Positions 12,143 through 24,864 of a stretch of 64,000 nucleotides of DNA are shown one piece after another. The translations under genes and the position numbers were made by a program. Within the stretch, counting starts at the first letter, position 1. Every line of letters begins with the position of its first letter. The notes under the pieces are model-generated. The model was not told the DNA's origin. It saw only the letters and a list, made by a program, of their open reading frames with translations, and did not search any database. This DNA comes from Scenedesmus sp. PABB004 (Eukaryota), in NCBI GenBank assembly GCA_014905635.1, contig JABVCE010000030.1, positions 124,001-188,000 of the forward strand, in the 5' to 3' direction.

Positions 12143-13913
12143 TCAGAAGTCAAACAGCGGGAACGCCAGCAGGCCCGCGCCCGGCGGCCGGCCGCCGTCG
12201 CCGTCGCCGGCCCCACCGCCGTCTGCCGCCGCCGCGGCGTCGAGCGCGGCGAGCTCGGCGAGCAGGTAGACGCCGCCGGCGGCGCCCTCATAGAGCGAGG
12301 CGGGGTGGTCGGGCGTGGCCCAGTCGGCCCGGCCCGCGGGGCTGCAGACCATGAAGGCGGCAAAGCGGCGGCAGCGGTCGAGCCACAGCGCGTCCTACGG
12401 CGCGCGCCCAGGCGTGGGCGCGCCGGCGCGGCGCGGCGCGGCGCGGCTGCGCCGCGCCGTCGGCGCGCCCGCCGCTCGGCACTCACCCCTGTGGCCTGCC
12501 AGAGGCGCGCGAGCGCGTACGCGTTGCCCGCGACGCCGTGGCACAGCCCCGGCCCCTTGCGCAGCAGCCCGCGCGCCCAGACCGCCTCGCCCGCGCGCAG
12601 CGCCGCCGCGAGGTGCGCCGGCTCGCGCAGCACCTGCGCGGCGCGGCGGCGGCAGGGGCGTCGCCTGGCGCCGCAGCGCAGGCGCCGGCGAGGGCAGGCA
12701 CGCGCCCGCACCTCCCAGGCCGTCGCGAAGAGGTAGACCGCGCCCGGCGCGCCGTGGCACCAGTGCACCAGCGGCTCGTGTCGCGCCGCCCCGCCCGCCG
12801 GCAGCGGCGCAGCGGACGGGTAGTGGCCGCCCGACCCCGGAACGGCGCCCGGCGCGTCGCACTCGCAGCTCAGCACAAAGCTGCGGCGCACGGCGCCGGC
12901 GCGGCGTCGGCGCGGCGGCGGCGCGGCAGCGGCGCGGCGGCGCGCGGCGGCGCGCGGCGCCGCGGCGCGCGCCTGAGGCTGGCGGCGACGTCGCGCTCCG
13001 CCGCGGCGTCGCCGGCCCACCAGGGCCGCGCGCGGAGCAGGGCGTAGAGGATGCCCATCAGCCCGTGCGCGGCGCCCAGGTAGGGCGTCGCGTGGCGCCC
13101 CCACGTGAACGCGAGCGGGCAGCCGGCGGCGGCAAACGCCGGCGCGCGCGCCGCGAGGGCGCGCCCTGCGCGCGCGGGCGCGGGCGCGGGTCGGCGCGCC
13201 GCGTCGCGCGCGGCGGCGGCGGCGGCGGCGGCACCGCCGCGCACCCGACGCCAGGATCGCGGCCACCAGCGCGGCCACGGCGTCGCCCGGCACCGCGTCG
13301 TCGCCGAGCTTGCGGCGCAGCAGCAGCGCGCCGAGCAGCGTGCCCGCGCGGCCATACAACACCTCGTCGCTCTGCGTGTCCGGGCCCGCGGCCGCCGCCG
13401 CGACCTGGCGGTACTCCGCCAGCAGCCCGGGGAGCGCGGGCGCGCCCCCGGCGCCGGCGAGCGCGGCGACGACCAGGGTGCCGGCGAGGCCTGCGGCGCG
13501 CGGCGCGGGGGCGCGCGCTCGGGCGGCGCGCGCGCGCGCGCGCGCGCGCGCGCGCGCGCATGCGCAGCGGGGCGGGAGGGCGGCGGCGGCGCCGCCGCCG
13601 CACCGTCGAGCAGCGACTCAGTCGGGCGTCGCGGGGGCCAGCGCCGCGCCTCTGCGAGCGCGTCGCGCGCGAGGCCCTCGCCCAGGCTCCGCCAGCCGGG
13701 CTCGCCCGCCAGGCAGCCGGCACGCCAGAGCGCGAGCGCCAGCCCCGCCAGCCCGGTGTAGGGCGCGGGCGAGGACCGCAGCTGCGCGCGGCGCGATGAG
13801 CACCAGTCCACGAGCTCCCCCAGCGCGCCCGGCGCCGGGGCGGCGGGGACGCCGGCCAGCGCGGCAGCGGTGTCGTGGTACCGCCGCCGCGGGCCCGCAG
13901 CAGGCGCCGCCAT
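12143..13913 (-). CDS. LanC-like protein (LANCL/GCR2-like)
   Basis: Motifs PYTGLAG, ESLLDG, DEVLYGRAG, YLGAAHGLMGILYALL, HWCHGAPG, RKGPGLCHGVAGNAY and TPDHPASLYEGAAG. The putative Zn ligands (two CHG motifs) and the catalytic His are present. Multi-exon; ATG at 13913. Confidence 0.93.
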
Positions 13914-14220
13914 TGCGGCGCGCACGCGCTGGCGGCAGCAGCGGTGCCCGCGCTGCTGCTGCGGCGGCGGCGCGGCGAGGAGCGGCTGCGCCGCGATCGC
14001 GGGCATGCCGGACTGGGGCGCCGGCGTGGCCTGCGGAACCCACGGCACCGCGCGGCGCGGCAAACCGCGGCGCTGCGCCGCGCGCTTCAAACGCGCGGCA
14101 GCCGCCGCCGCTGCTCCGCCGCCGCCCCGCCCGCGCCCGCGACACCACCCCGACCGTGCCGCGCCGTCACAAGCCGCGCCGCGCCCAACCGCTGCCCCAG
14201 CGATCGCCTGCCCGACCGCC

Positions 14221-15177
14221 ATGGCGCTCGTCAAGCTCGGCCACGAGGACGCCCTGTCCGAGGGCGAGCGCGTCGTCAAGGTCCGCGCGCACCCGGCGCG
14301 CGCGGGCGCGGGGCGTGAGCGCGGGGCGTGAGCGCGGGGCAGGAGGCATCGCAAACGGTCACCTCCGCCCCGCGCGCAGGAGTGCTGGAACCGCTGCGTT
14401 GTGCTGCTCCGTGCGGGCGGCGGCTTCCACTGCTTCGAACTGCCGGTGCGGGCCGGCCCCGGGCGGCCAGGCGCGGCGGGGCGGGGCGCGGGCAGCTCTG
14501 CATCCCACTCGCCGCCCTCCCGGCCGCAGGACACCGCCTTTGCCCAGGCCACCGGCGACCAGATCAAGGCCGTGCCGGGCTGCCGCACCCTGACCACCTA
14601 CCGCGACAGCGACGGCATGCTCTGGTGCGGCGGCGCCCCGCGAGCAGCGGCGCCGCGCCGCGGCCCCGCGGCCGCCCCCCTGCGCGCCGCCGGCCCCCGG
14701 CGCCGCCGGCGGCGCCCGATCCGGCTCTCTGGACGCCGCAGCGGCGCGGGGGGGGGGCGCGGGGCGTGGGGCAAGCAGCACGGCCGCTGCGCCGCCTGCA
14801 GGCCTCGCGCCGCCGCCGGCCCAACCGCCGCACGCCCAACCGCCCCGCCCCGCAGGGTCAACCTGCCCGACACGCACAAGCCGGTGGTGGACAAGACGTT
14901 CAAGGCGCCCGCGGGCGAGGGCTACGGCCTCGGCGCGGCGGTCGCGCCCGCCGACGTCCCGCCGCCGCTCGTGCCCTTTGCCGGCCGCGACAGCGCGCCG
15001 ATGCCGCCCAGCCCCGCCAAGCCCTTTGCCATCCCCGCGTCGCCGGCCAAGCCGAGCCCCTTCAAGGAGCGCGTCGACACCGCGACCGAGGCGGTCGTGC
15101 GCAAGAACTGGAACAGCCGGCAGGCCAAGATGGGCGAGTTCTTTGCGGCGCGCAAGAAGACCGCCGCCGACGCGTGA
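14221..15177 (+). CDS. Small hypothetical protein with a Rieske-like N-terminal pattern
   Basis: Four exons with GT/AG borders: MALVKLGHEDALSEGERVVK|ECWNRCVVLLRAGGGFHCFELP|…QIKAVPGCRTLTTYRDSDGMLW|VNLPDTHKP…KKTAADA*. Codon usage is gene-like. Confidence 0.7.
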
Positions 15178-15672
15178 GCGCCGCGGCGGCGTCGGGGGAC
15201 GCTGACGGCATAGAGGGGCCGCGCCGCGCCGGCTGCCGCCGCAGGGGCGCGGGCCTCGCAGCAGCCGGCGCGCGGCGCGGGGGGGGGCATGTGTACATCA
15301 CGTAGGCGTAGGGCCGCCGATTGCTGGCGCCCTGGCGTTGGCCGCTGCACGCGCACCGCGTGCCCTCTGTGCGGGCCGCGACCGCAACGGGCCGGGGGCG
15401 CCAGGCGGGGGGAGGCGTGCGCTGCCCCGGCGGCCGCTGACGGGCGAGGGCTAGGAGGACCGCGGGCAGGAGGACCGCGCGGCGCGAGTGTCGATGACCC
15501 CTGCACAGCCGCAGCGGCGGGTGCTGCACGCGCGCGCGTCCGCCGCTGCGGCGGCGTTGACCGGCTGACGCGTTTTGCTTTGATGACCGGCTGACGGGCC
15601 GCGACCACGGCGTGTGACTTTTCTCGACAGGGTGGCCGCACGCCGACACGACCGCGCGTGCGTGCGCCCCAG

Positions 15673-17070
15673 CTAGCCGCTCGCGGCTCCCCCGCCGTCT
15701 GCGCTCGCCGCCGCCGCCGCCGCCGCGCCCAGCTCCTGCTCGTCCTCCTGCTGCTGGTTGAACCGCGCGCCGTGCGCCAGCAGCCACTCGAAGCACGCCG
15801 CGCCCTCCTCGCCGCTGCGCGCGGCGGCGGCGGCCCGGGCTCAGGCCGCGGCGACGCGCGGGCGCATGCCCCGGCCGGCTGCCCGCCGCGAGCGCCGCGG
15901 CTGCCCGGCCGCGCGCCGCGGCCCAGGCGCGCGCACCGCTGGCGGGCGAGGTATACCGCGGTGATGCCGCACTTGTCGCCCGCGTTGACCAGCTCGGCGC
16001 GCGCCGCCTCGGGCTGGCCGTCCAGCAGCACCCCCAGCATCTCCGCCCCCGCCGCGCGTGCCGCCAGGTGCACCGCCGACCTGCGGAGCGCCCCGCGTGC
16101 CGGCGCGCCGGCCTCGGTGCGCGCGCCGCGCGCCGCGCAAAGCCAGGAGGCCTGCAGCTGCAGGTCCCGCTCTGCAGCCTCCCCGCTGGCTCGCTGCCGC
16201 CCCCGTGTCTCCCGCGCGAGCGCGCGCGCCTGCCCATGCAGTCGCGCGCGGCCAGCAGGTCGGCGCCGTAGTCCAGCAGCGTGCGCGCCGCCTCGACCCG
16301 GTCGCACTCGGCCGCCCAGTGCAGCGCGGTGCGGCCGGTGCGGTCCTGGCGGCAGCGGCGCGCGGTCGGTGCGGTCCTGGCGGCAGCGGCGTGGGCCTCG
16401 GGGCGCCGCCGCCGCCGCCCGCTGCGCGCGCCGCCGCCCGCCGCGCGTCTGCGGCTCGGGCAGCCCAACCCTGGTCCCGCCAGCAGTGCGGGCTCACCGC
16501 GGGCTCACCTGCTGGTTGATGTCAAAGTCGATCGTGCGCTCGATCGTGCGAACCAGGTAGGCCGCGTCGCCGCGCTCGGCCGCCTCTGCGCCGCGGGCGG
16601 CGGGCGGCCGGCGCGGCAGCGACGCTCGCGCCGCGCCGGCAGCTGCGTGCGCGGCGCCCTGCAGGGCTGCCAGGCCTGGGCGCGCGCGCGCGCGCGGCGC
16701 ACCGTGGAAGGTCCGAGGCGGCGCGTCCTCCGCCAGCTCAAAGACCTTGAAGCGCGACCCTGCGCCGCGCGCGCGAACAGCCAGCGGCGGCGGCAGCGGC
16801 TCGGCGGGCGGCGCTGCAGGCCGGCGGCGGCGCCGCCGGCGGCTGCCACGGCGGTGCGCGCGCTGCTGCCGCGCCGGCCGTGCTCACTCGAGCTCGGCGT
16901 CCCGGCCGCCGCGGCGGCGCCGGCGCTGGGCGGCTCCGCTGGCGGCGGTGGCGGCGCGACCGCCAGACCGCCGGGGCCGAGCCGGCTGGTGCGGGCCTGT
17001 GGGAGGGCGTGCGCGTGGGCCGCGCCGGCAGGCAGCGGCGGGCACGAGCAGCGCCGGCGCGCGCCTGCAT
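15673..17070 (-). CDS. Ankyrin-repeat protein
   Basis: Ankyrin motifs DRTGRTALHWAAECDRVEAARTLLDYGAD, GRSAVHLAARAAGAEMLGVLL and DKCGITAVYLA…FEWLLAHGA. Stop TAG at 15673-15675. The start at 17070 is tentative. Confidence 0.85.
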
Positions 17071-17446
17071 CTGCGGCGTTGACCGCCCTCGTGCGGCCGC
17101 CGACGTGCTCCAGCCGCGCGTTGGAGCCCGTCTCACGAGCGGGGGTGCCTGCTCCTCCCGGCTGCACGGCGCGGACGGGCGTCGCGGCGCTGCCTTTTTC
17201 GCAGCGGGTTATCGGGAAGCTCTCCCTCTCTCCACCGGACGGCCGAGTGCGCGTGGAACAGTGGCGCTGGGCCGCGGGAGCGCCCCGTCGCCGTCAGCGG
17301 CGCACCGTCATCGGCCGACGCGTTGCATCCGCGCGCGGCCGCCGCCGCGCCCCACACGTCCCCCCCGCCGCCCCCAGCGCGACGCCGTGCGCAAAACAGT
17401 CGCCCTACAGGCCAGCAGCAGCGCGCCGCCCCGCCACCGCCGCACG

Positions 17447-18477
17447 ATGGCGCGCAGCCAGGACCCCGCCGGGGGCACGCCCAAGCTGAAGATGCCGGAG
17501 GCACGCCGCCGCCGTCGCGGAGCGCCGCGCGCGCGGCCCGCGAGGCTCCGCGCCGCCGCGACGCCGCAGCCGCCGCCGCGCGCCGCGCGTCGCCGCCGCC
17601 CCGCGCTCAAAGACCGCCGGACCGCGCGCCGGCAGCTGCGGCCCGAGTTGGCCCAGACCAACCGGTCGCGCGCCGACGCAGGGCAACGACAACGCGCTGC
17701 AGGCGGCGGCGGCGCCGCTCGCGACGCTCTCCAGCCACGCCGACCCCTGGCCCCACTACCTGATGACCGGCGCCTGTGCGCCGCCCGCGCGCGCGCACCC
17801 CGCGGGCGCACGGCAGCACGCCCACGCGCCGCCGCGCCGGGCCGCGCCGCGCGCCCCCCAGGCGGCGCGTCGGCGGCCTACAGCTACAGCAGCCTGCGCA
17901 ACCCGCGCGTCGCGGCGATCAAGGCGGGCCTGGGCCTCGCGTACCTCTTTGCCGGGTGCGGCGGCGGCGGCGGCGAGCGCGGGGTCTGACGCCAGCGACG
18001 GGCGCTGCGGGCTGCGGGCTGCGGCCCTGGCCGGCGGCCGCCGCCGCGCGCGCGCCGAGGCCCGCCGCCGTCGCTGCTTCTGCCGCGCGCCAGGCGCCAG
18101 CTTGTGAGTGGCAACCCGCAGCTGGGGTACGACGTCGGGACCGTCACCTCGCTCGCGCTGCTGGGCGTGGCCGGCCCGCGCGCGCAGGTGCGCGGGGCAT
18201 GCCGCGCGCGCGGCGTGGCGTGCGCACCCTCGGCCGCGCCGCCCACCGCCCGCGCCGCCGCTCTGCGCCGCAGGCCACGCAGGAGGTGTCGGCGGTCGCC
18301 ATGACCGCGCTCGGCGGTGCGGCGCGCAGCGGCCGCCCCGGACGGGCACGCGCGCCGCCCACGCCCGCGCGACGCCCGTGCCCGCCCGCGCCAGGCGTGT
18401 CGGGCATCACCAACCTCATCAAGAGCTACGAGATGCGCACGGGCAAGCCCAAGGAGCTCGGGTACGAGCGCTCCTGA
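17447..18477 (+). CDS. Small multi-pass membrane protein, family uncertain
   Basis: About 6 short exons giving …DPWPHYLMTG|GASAAYSYSSL…AGLGLAYLFAG|…GNPQLGYDVGTVTSLALLGVAG…|VSAVAMTALG|GVSGITNLIKSYEMRTGKPKELGYERS*. Contains 3-4 hydrophobic segments. Confidence 0.7.
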
Positions 18478-18917
18478 TCATGAGCGCTGACCAGGAGCGG
18501 CTGACGAGCGCGCGCGCGGCACGGCGGCGGCGCGCCGCGGGAGGGCGCGCGGCGCGCGGCGCGCGAGAGTTGGCCGCGCAGTGTTGCGAGGCGTTGAGGC
18601 GTAACATTGAAGCGGCGCCGCGGCAGGGCCGCGCGCCGCGGCAGGGCCGCGCGCCGCCGCGGCCTCCGGCGGTTTGAGCGCCGCGCCGACAGCTGAGCCC
18701 TGCTCGACCAGACCCCACCGGACGCGCGCCGACGCGGAGTGGCGTCAGGACGCGCTCCGCCTCCCGCGTCGGCGAGCCCGGCGGGCGTGTGGATCCGCGG
18801 GCAGCACTCGACTCCGCGCGCAGATGGCCGCCAGCGCCTGAGCGCCTGAGTGCGGCGCGCGCGCGGACGGTAGCTCTTGACCGCGCGCATCATCCCAGCC
18901 ACTCGGTCGCGGGCGGC

Positions 18918-21900
18918 ATGGAGCCCTCGCGCCGCTCCTCAACGGGCGGGGGCAGGGCAGACACCGAGCTGCAGCAGGGCGACACGCCCAAGAGCGCCCG
19001 GGCGTCCGGGAGGTGCGGAGGCGCCGCGGCTCGCACCAGCCGGGCGCGCACGCAGCCGCGGCCCCGCGCGGCGCCGGGCCGGCCGCAACCGACGCTCGCG
19101 CTGCTGCGGCGACGGCCGGCGCCGCGCCGCGCCCGCGCAGGGCGGCCTCCAAGGTCAGCCAGAGCATCTCCGGCATGCCCGGCTTCTCCAGCGTCGCCAA
19201 GGGCAGGTGCGCGGCACGCGAGCACGTTCGCGAGGGCCGGACCCGGCGCGCCACCCAGACGCGCGAGCCCCCGGCTGGCTCTGCCCCACTGCCGCCGCGC
19301 GCGCAGGACGACGCCGCGCGGGCCGGCAGCGGCGCTGACGCGCAGCGCGGACCGGCTCACGGGCCTCAACCTGCACAGCACCGCGCCCTCCAAGTCGGCG
19401 ACGAGCTCGCGCGCCGCCGGCGCCGCGCCAAGCGGCGGCGGCGGCGCGCGGCCCGCGGCGGGCGCGCAGGGCCCGCTCGCGACGGGGCTGGCGACGTCGC
19501 GCAGCGGCAGCATCTGGAAGGTGCCCACCAAGATCCCGCCGGCCGGCGCGCCGCCGGGCGGCCGGCTCGCGACGCCGCGGCAGAGCAGCCAGGCAGCGTT
19601 CGGCCGCACCATCAGCGGCGCGTCGACCGCGCGCGCGCTCTCGCCGACCAGCAGCACTGGCAGCAGCGCGATGTCGCGCCGCCTGTCGGACGCGGCGCTC
19701 GCGACGCCGCCGGCGCCACGGCCGGCCGCCGCCAGCAAGCCGCTCTCGGCGGCGGTGCTCGCAAGCGCGCTCGGCGCGGCGCGCCACTTTGGCGCCGGCG
19801 CCGCCGGCGCCGGCAGCAGCGGCGGCGGCGGCGCGACCGACGCGCCGGCAGGCGCGATGCGCGCGCGCTCGCCGGACCAGCAGGGCAAGCGCGTGGCCGA
19901 GCTGGAGGCCGAGCTCGCGCGCACCGCCGCGGCCAAGCGCAAGCTGGAGGTGTGCCGGCGCTGCGCAGCCGCGTCGGCGCACGGCCGCCTGCCGCCCGCC
20001 CGCCCGCGGTGCGCGCCAGCGCGACCACCCGCCCCGCCCCGCGTGATCCGCCGCAGGACGAGAAGGTCCAGCTGGAGAAGGCGCGGGCTGACCTCGCGTG
20101 CGAGCTGAAGCACGCGTCCGCGGCGCGCGACACCGCCGAGGCGGCCGCCGCGCTCGCGGACGAGAAGGCGGAGCAGCGGCTGCAGGACCTGCTGCACCAG
20201 CTCGACGACGCAAAGCACTCCACTGAGGCCGCGAGCACGACCTCCGAGTTCGTGCGCAAGGTGCGCGCGCGGCGGCGCGAGGCGGCCCGCGGCCGCGGCG
20301 CGCCGCCGCGCGCGCGCGTCGGGCGCCGAGCGCCGCGGCCCCCGCCCTGCCCCCGCAGGCGCTGTCGCAGCAGCTGTCGGGCAGCGTTGGCGTGTACGTG
20401 CAGCTCGAGCAGGAGCGCGAGACGGTCGCCGCGCAGCAGGCGCAGCTGCAGCAGCTGGAGCAGCTCCAGGCGGAGCAGGTCGCGGCGATGAGCGCGCTGC
20501 GGCTCCAGGTCGAGCGCCTGCAGGAGGAGGCCGCCGCCGAGCGCGACGGCAAGGCGCAGCTGGCGGCGCAGCTGCAGCGCGCGTCCGAGGTGCGCGGCGC
20601 CCCGCCGCGGCGCGGGCCTGGCCGGGCCTCTGCTGGCTGCGCCCCGCGCCGCGCCGCCCCTCCGAGCGCCGCCGCCGCGCTCGCCGCCGCCGCCGCTCGC
20701 CGCCGCCGCCGCCGCGCGGCAGGCGTCGCTGGAGGAGCTGCGCAAGCTGCGCGGCGAGGCGGCGTACATGCAGGGCCGCGAGGCGAGCCTGAAGCAGGAG
20801 CTGGACGGCCGCGAGCAGCGCCTCACCGTGCTGGGCGAGGCGCTCGCGCGGCTGCGAGAGGACTTCAACGCCACGCGCCTGGAGGGGCTGCGCCTGGAGC
20901 AGAAGGTGTGCGCCGCGGCGGGCTGGGCGGCGGGCTGGCTCGCGGGCGCGCTGCTGCCGGACTGGCTCCTGGCCGCGTGGCTGGCAGCCGTGCCGGCGGC
21001 GGCCGCCGGCGCCGCGGCAGCCCGCGCGCGGCGGTGACGCCGGCGGCACCCGGCGTGGCGCGGCGCGCGGCCGCCAGCGCACGCGCCACATGCAGCGGGG
21101 GCCGCGCCGCCCGCGCATTCGCGGGCGGGTGCGGAGAGCGCTCATCACTCTGGGATCGGTCGTTCTCATGTTTGTTTGGCGTGTGCCTGGCGTGGCGTCG
21201 GACCACGCGTGGCGCGGCCGTCTGCGTGCGCGTGCGTGTGTGTGTAACACGCGTGCCCGCCCCCCGCCCGCCCGCCGCCGCAGCTGGCCGAGAAGACCTC
21301 GTCAGAGGCGGCGCTGCTGGAGCACGAGCGCCAGCTCAAGGATGCGCTGCAGCAGAAGCTCAACGAGCAGCAGCAGCTGCTGGGCGCCATCGCGGTGCTC
21401 AAGGCCGGCAAGGAGGAGCAGCAGGGTGCGCGGCAGCACGCGCAGCGCGCTCGGCGGCGGCGGCGGCCGGGTCGTCACGCCAGCCGCGAGCGGGCGGCCG
21501 TGCAGCGCGCTCCAGCGCCCGCCGAAGCGACCGCAGCTCGCGTGCGCCGCTGCCGAGCGCCGCCGCCGCCGCTGCTGCGACCGCCGCAGGCGAGGCCGAG
21601 AAGCTGCGCGCCGAGGTCAAGAGCGCACAGGGGCAGCTCGAGAGCGTCACGGCCGCGCTGACGGAGCTGCAGCACCAGTTTGAGGCGCTCTCGTCCGACC
21701 TGCACGGCAAGCTCGCGCACAGGACGAGCGAGCTGGAGGAGCAGCGCGCCGACGGCGCCGCGCTCGCCGCGCGGCTCGCCGACGCGGCGGCGGCGCAGGC
21801 GCAGGCGGACGAGCACGCGTGCGAGCTGCAGCGCAACCTGTCGCGCCTCACGGCGGAGCTGTGCGACACGCGGCTCGAGCGCGAGGCGCTGGGCGAGCAG

Positions 21901-24620
21901 CTGCTCGAGGCGCACGCGCTCGCCGCGACGGCGCAGGACGCGCTCGCGGCGCACCAGGCCGAGCTCGAGGACATTCGCGGCGCGCTCGCGGCGGCGCGGG
22001 ACGCCGCCGGCGCCACGGGCGACAAGCTGGCCGCGACCGAGGCGCGCGCGGCGGAGCTCCAGGCCCAGCTGGACAGCAAGGCCGATGAGGGCCCCGAGCT
22101 CGCCGCGCTGCGCGGGCAGCTCGCGGGCGCGTGCCAGGAGCGCGAGGCGCTCGCGGCCCGACTCGCGGGCGTGCAGGCGGAGGCCGACAAGGCGGGCGCG
22201 GCGCTGAAGAAGCTCACGGCCGACAAGGCCGCCCTGCAGGCGCAGCTCGGCAACTCAGCGGGCGACATCGACATGCTGCAGGCGCGGCGGCGGCTGGGGC
22301 CGGGGGGGGGGGACTGCAGCGTGCTGGCGAGAGCCCGGCTGGACGGCGCGCCGCTCACATGTGCGCGCGCGCCCCGCCCCGCGTGTGCCTGCCTGGCCTG
22401 CAGAAGGAGCTGACTAAGAAGGTGCAGCGCCTCGACGCGCTGCAGGCGGAGCTGAACGGCGCGGCGGTCGCGCGCGACGCCGCCGAGACGCGCGCCGCGG
22501 GCCTCGCGGCCGAGCTGGCGCAGGTGAAGCAGCAGCTCGCCGTGCTGGGGTCCAAGGACGGCGAGCTGCAGAGCCTCGCCGCCGACCTCGCCGCCGCGAC
22601 GAGCGCGCGCGCGCTGCTCGAGTCCAAGGTGCGCGCGCGCGCCCGGTCGCTCGGCCGCTCGCCGCGCCGCGCGGCGCGCGCCTGCCGCGCCTGTGCCTCT
22701 GGTCCCGTGTGGTCCCGTCCCCCCCTTCAGGCCCCCCACCCGCCGCGCCACGCCGCGCCGCAGCTCGCGCCCAAGGAGCGCCAGCTGCAGGAGGTGCGCG
22801 CGCGCAACGCGGCGCTCTCGGAGCAGGTCATGGCGGTGAGCGGGCAGCTCACGGAGGTGCAAAAGGAGCTCGCGCGCGCGCAGGACGACGCGCACGGCAG
22901 CGTCAAGGTGCGGCGCGCGCGCGGCTCGCGCCGCCCGCCCGCCGCCGCCCGCCCCGCCGCCGCGCGGCGCGGGGCGCCCGCCCACGCGGCGCCCGTGCTG
23001 CTGCGCCTGCCCGCCGCGCGCCAGGCCAAGCAGGAGGAGCTCATCGCCATGGCCGGCGAGCTCGCGGCGGCCAAGGAGGACGCGGGGCAGCTGCGCAAGC
23101 AGCTCGGCGCGATGGGCGTGCAGCTCGAGGCCGCGAGCGCGCAGATCGGGCAGCAGGCGGCCGCCATGGCCGCGCTGGAGGCGGCCAAGAGGGCGGCGCA
23201 GGTGCGCGGCGGTCGCGTGCGCGGGGCGGGGCGCGCGGCGGCGGCGCGGCGGCGCGTGGGGCGAGGGCGCGTGCGGGGCGCGGCGCGGTGTCGGCCCCGC
23301 GCCGCGCCCACGGCGCCTGCGCCTGCGCCCGCAGGAGGAGGGAGCGGGCGCGGCCAAGGTGGCGGGCGCGCGCGAGGCGGAGTGCGAGGCGCTGCGCGGC
23401 GCCGCGGCGGCGCAGGGGCGCGAGCTGGCGGAGGCGCGCGCGTGCGCGGCGCAGCGCGCCGACGAGCTCGCAGCCGCGGCGGAGGCGGCCGGGGCGGCGC
23501 GCGCCGCGCTCGACGCGGCCACGCGCCAGGCCGCCGCCGCCGCCGCGGAGCGCGACGAGGCGCGGCGCGCCGCGGCGGCGCTGGAGTCGCAGCTCTCTGA
23601 GCTGCAGGCGGCGCTCGCCGCGGGCGCGGCCGCGGCGGAGGGCCGCGACGCGGACGCGGCGCTGCTGAAGCAGCAGCTCGCCGCGCAGTCGGCTGCGCTG
23701 CGCGGCCTGCAGGAGCAGCACGCCGCCGCGGCCAAGGAGCTGGCCGCGCTGCGCGCGGAGCAGGGCCGGCTGCGCGGCGAGAAGGTGGCGCTGGAGGTCC
23801 GCGCGGCCGAGGCGGCCGCCGCGACGGGCCGGCTGTCGGACGAGCTCCACGCCGCGCGCACCGCGCTCGACGCCGCGCGCCGCGAGGCCGCCGCGCTGCA
23901 GCGCGCCGCCGACGAGGCGACCGCGGGCGCGGCGGCGGCGGGCGCGGCGGCCGCGGCGGCGGACGCGCGCGTCGCGCTGCTGACCCAGCAGCACGCGGCG
24001 GCGGCGGCGGGCGCCGAGGCGGCGGCCGCCGCCGCGGCAGCTGCGCGCACGCGCGCCGACGAGCAGGCGGGCGCCGCGGCGGCGCTGCGCGTGCAGCTGC
24101 AGGACGCGGCCGCCGCGACCGCCGCCGCGGCGGCCGACGCGGAGCGCCACGCGGGCGAGGCGGCGGTGCAGCTGGCGCGCATGAAGAGCGCCGAGGCGCG
24201 CTGCCTGCAGCTCGCGGACGCCAACCGCAAGCAGGTGGGGGCTGGCGGGCGGGCGCGCGGCGTGCGCGGGCGCGGGCGCGCGTGTGCCGCGGCGCCGCGC
24301 GGGCCTCTCAGCCGCCCGCGCCGCCGCCGCTGCCGTGCGCGCAGGGCGCGCAGCTCGCCGAGCTCGAGGCGGCCAAGGGTGAGCTGGCGGCGCAGGTCGA
24401 CGGCCTCGCGGCGCGCCTGGCGGAGGCCGAGGCGGCCGCCGCGACTGCCGCCGCCGCAGCGGCGCCCGACGGCGCAGCCGCCGAGGCCGCCGCGCCCGAC
24501 CGCCGCGGCCGGCGCGGCGGCGAGGTGCCGGTGAAGCAGGCGGCGCTCGCGTTTGGCGGCGGCGCGGGCGCGGTGCTCGCGGCCGTGGCCGTCGCCGCGG
24601 TGCGCGGCCGCGGGCGGTGA
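18918..24620 (+). CDS. Long coiled-coil protein with Ser-rich N-terminus and C-terminal tail anchor (golgin/tether-like architecture)
   Basis: Many exons of heptad-rich E/Q/L/A/K sequence (KRVAELEAELARTAAAKRKLE; AEKLRAEVKSAQGQLESVTAALTELQHQF…). Ends in the hydrophobic AALAFGGGAGAVLAAVAVAAV followed by RGRGR*. Confidence 0.8.
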
Positions 24621-24864
24621 GGGGGCGATCGGTTGACAGGTGAGGGTGGTGCTGTGCTGGTGAGGGTCAGGCGTCAGGCGCTGCTGCCCGGTGGAATCGA
24701 GAGTCCTGCGCGGCGGCGTTCGTGGGGCCCGCGGCGCGTTGCAACTACTCCAACGTGCGCGGTGGTCAGCGGCCGTCGCCAGTCAGCAGCAACCACCCGG
24801 CCCCCACCCGCGCGGCCGGGCACAGCCGGTCCAGCCTTGCGGCGGCGCGCGCGGCCGGCCGCAC

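Noticed and set aside
12143..15177. Lanthipeptide/RiPP cluster around the LanC-like gene
   Set aside because: No dehydratase, precursor peptide or transporter is nearby. Stand-alone LanC-like genes are normal in eukaryotes.
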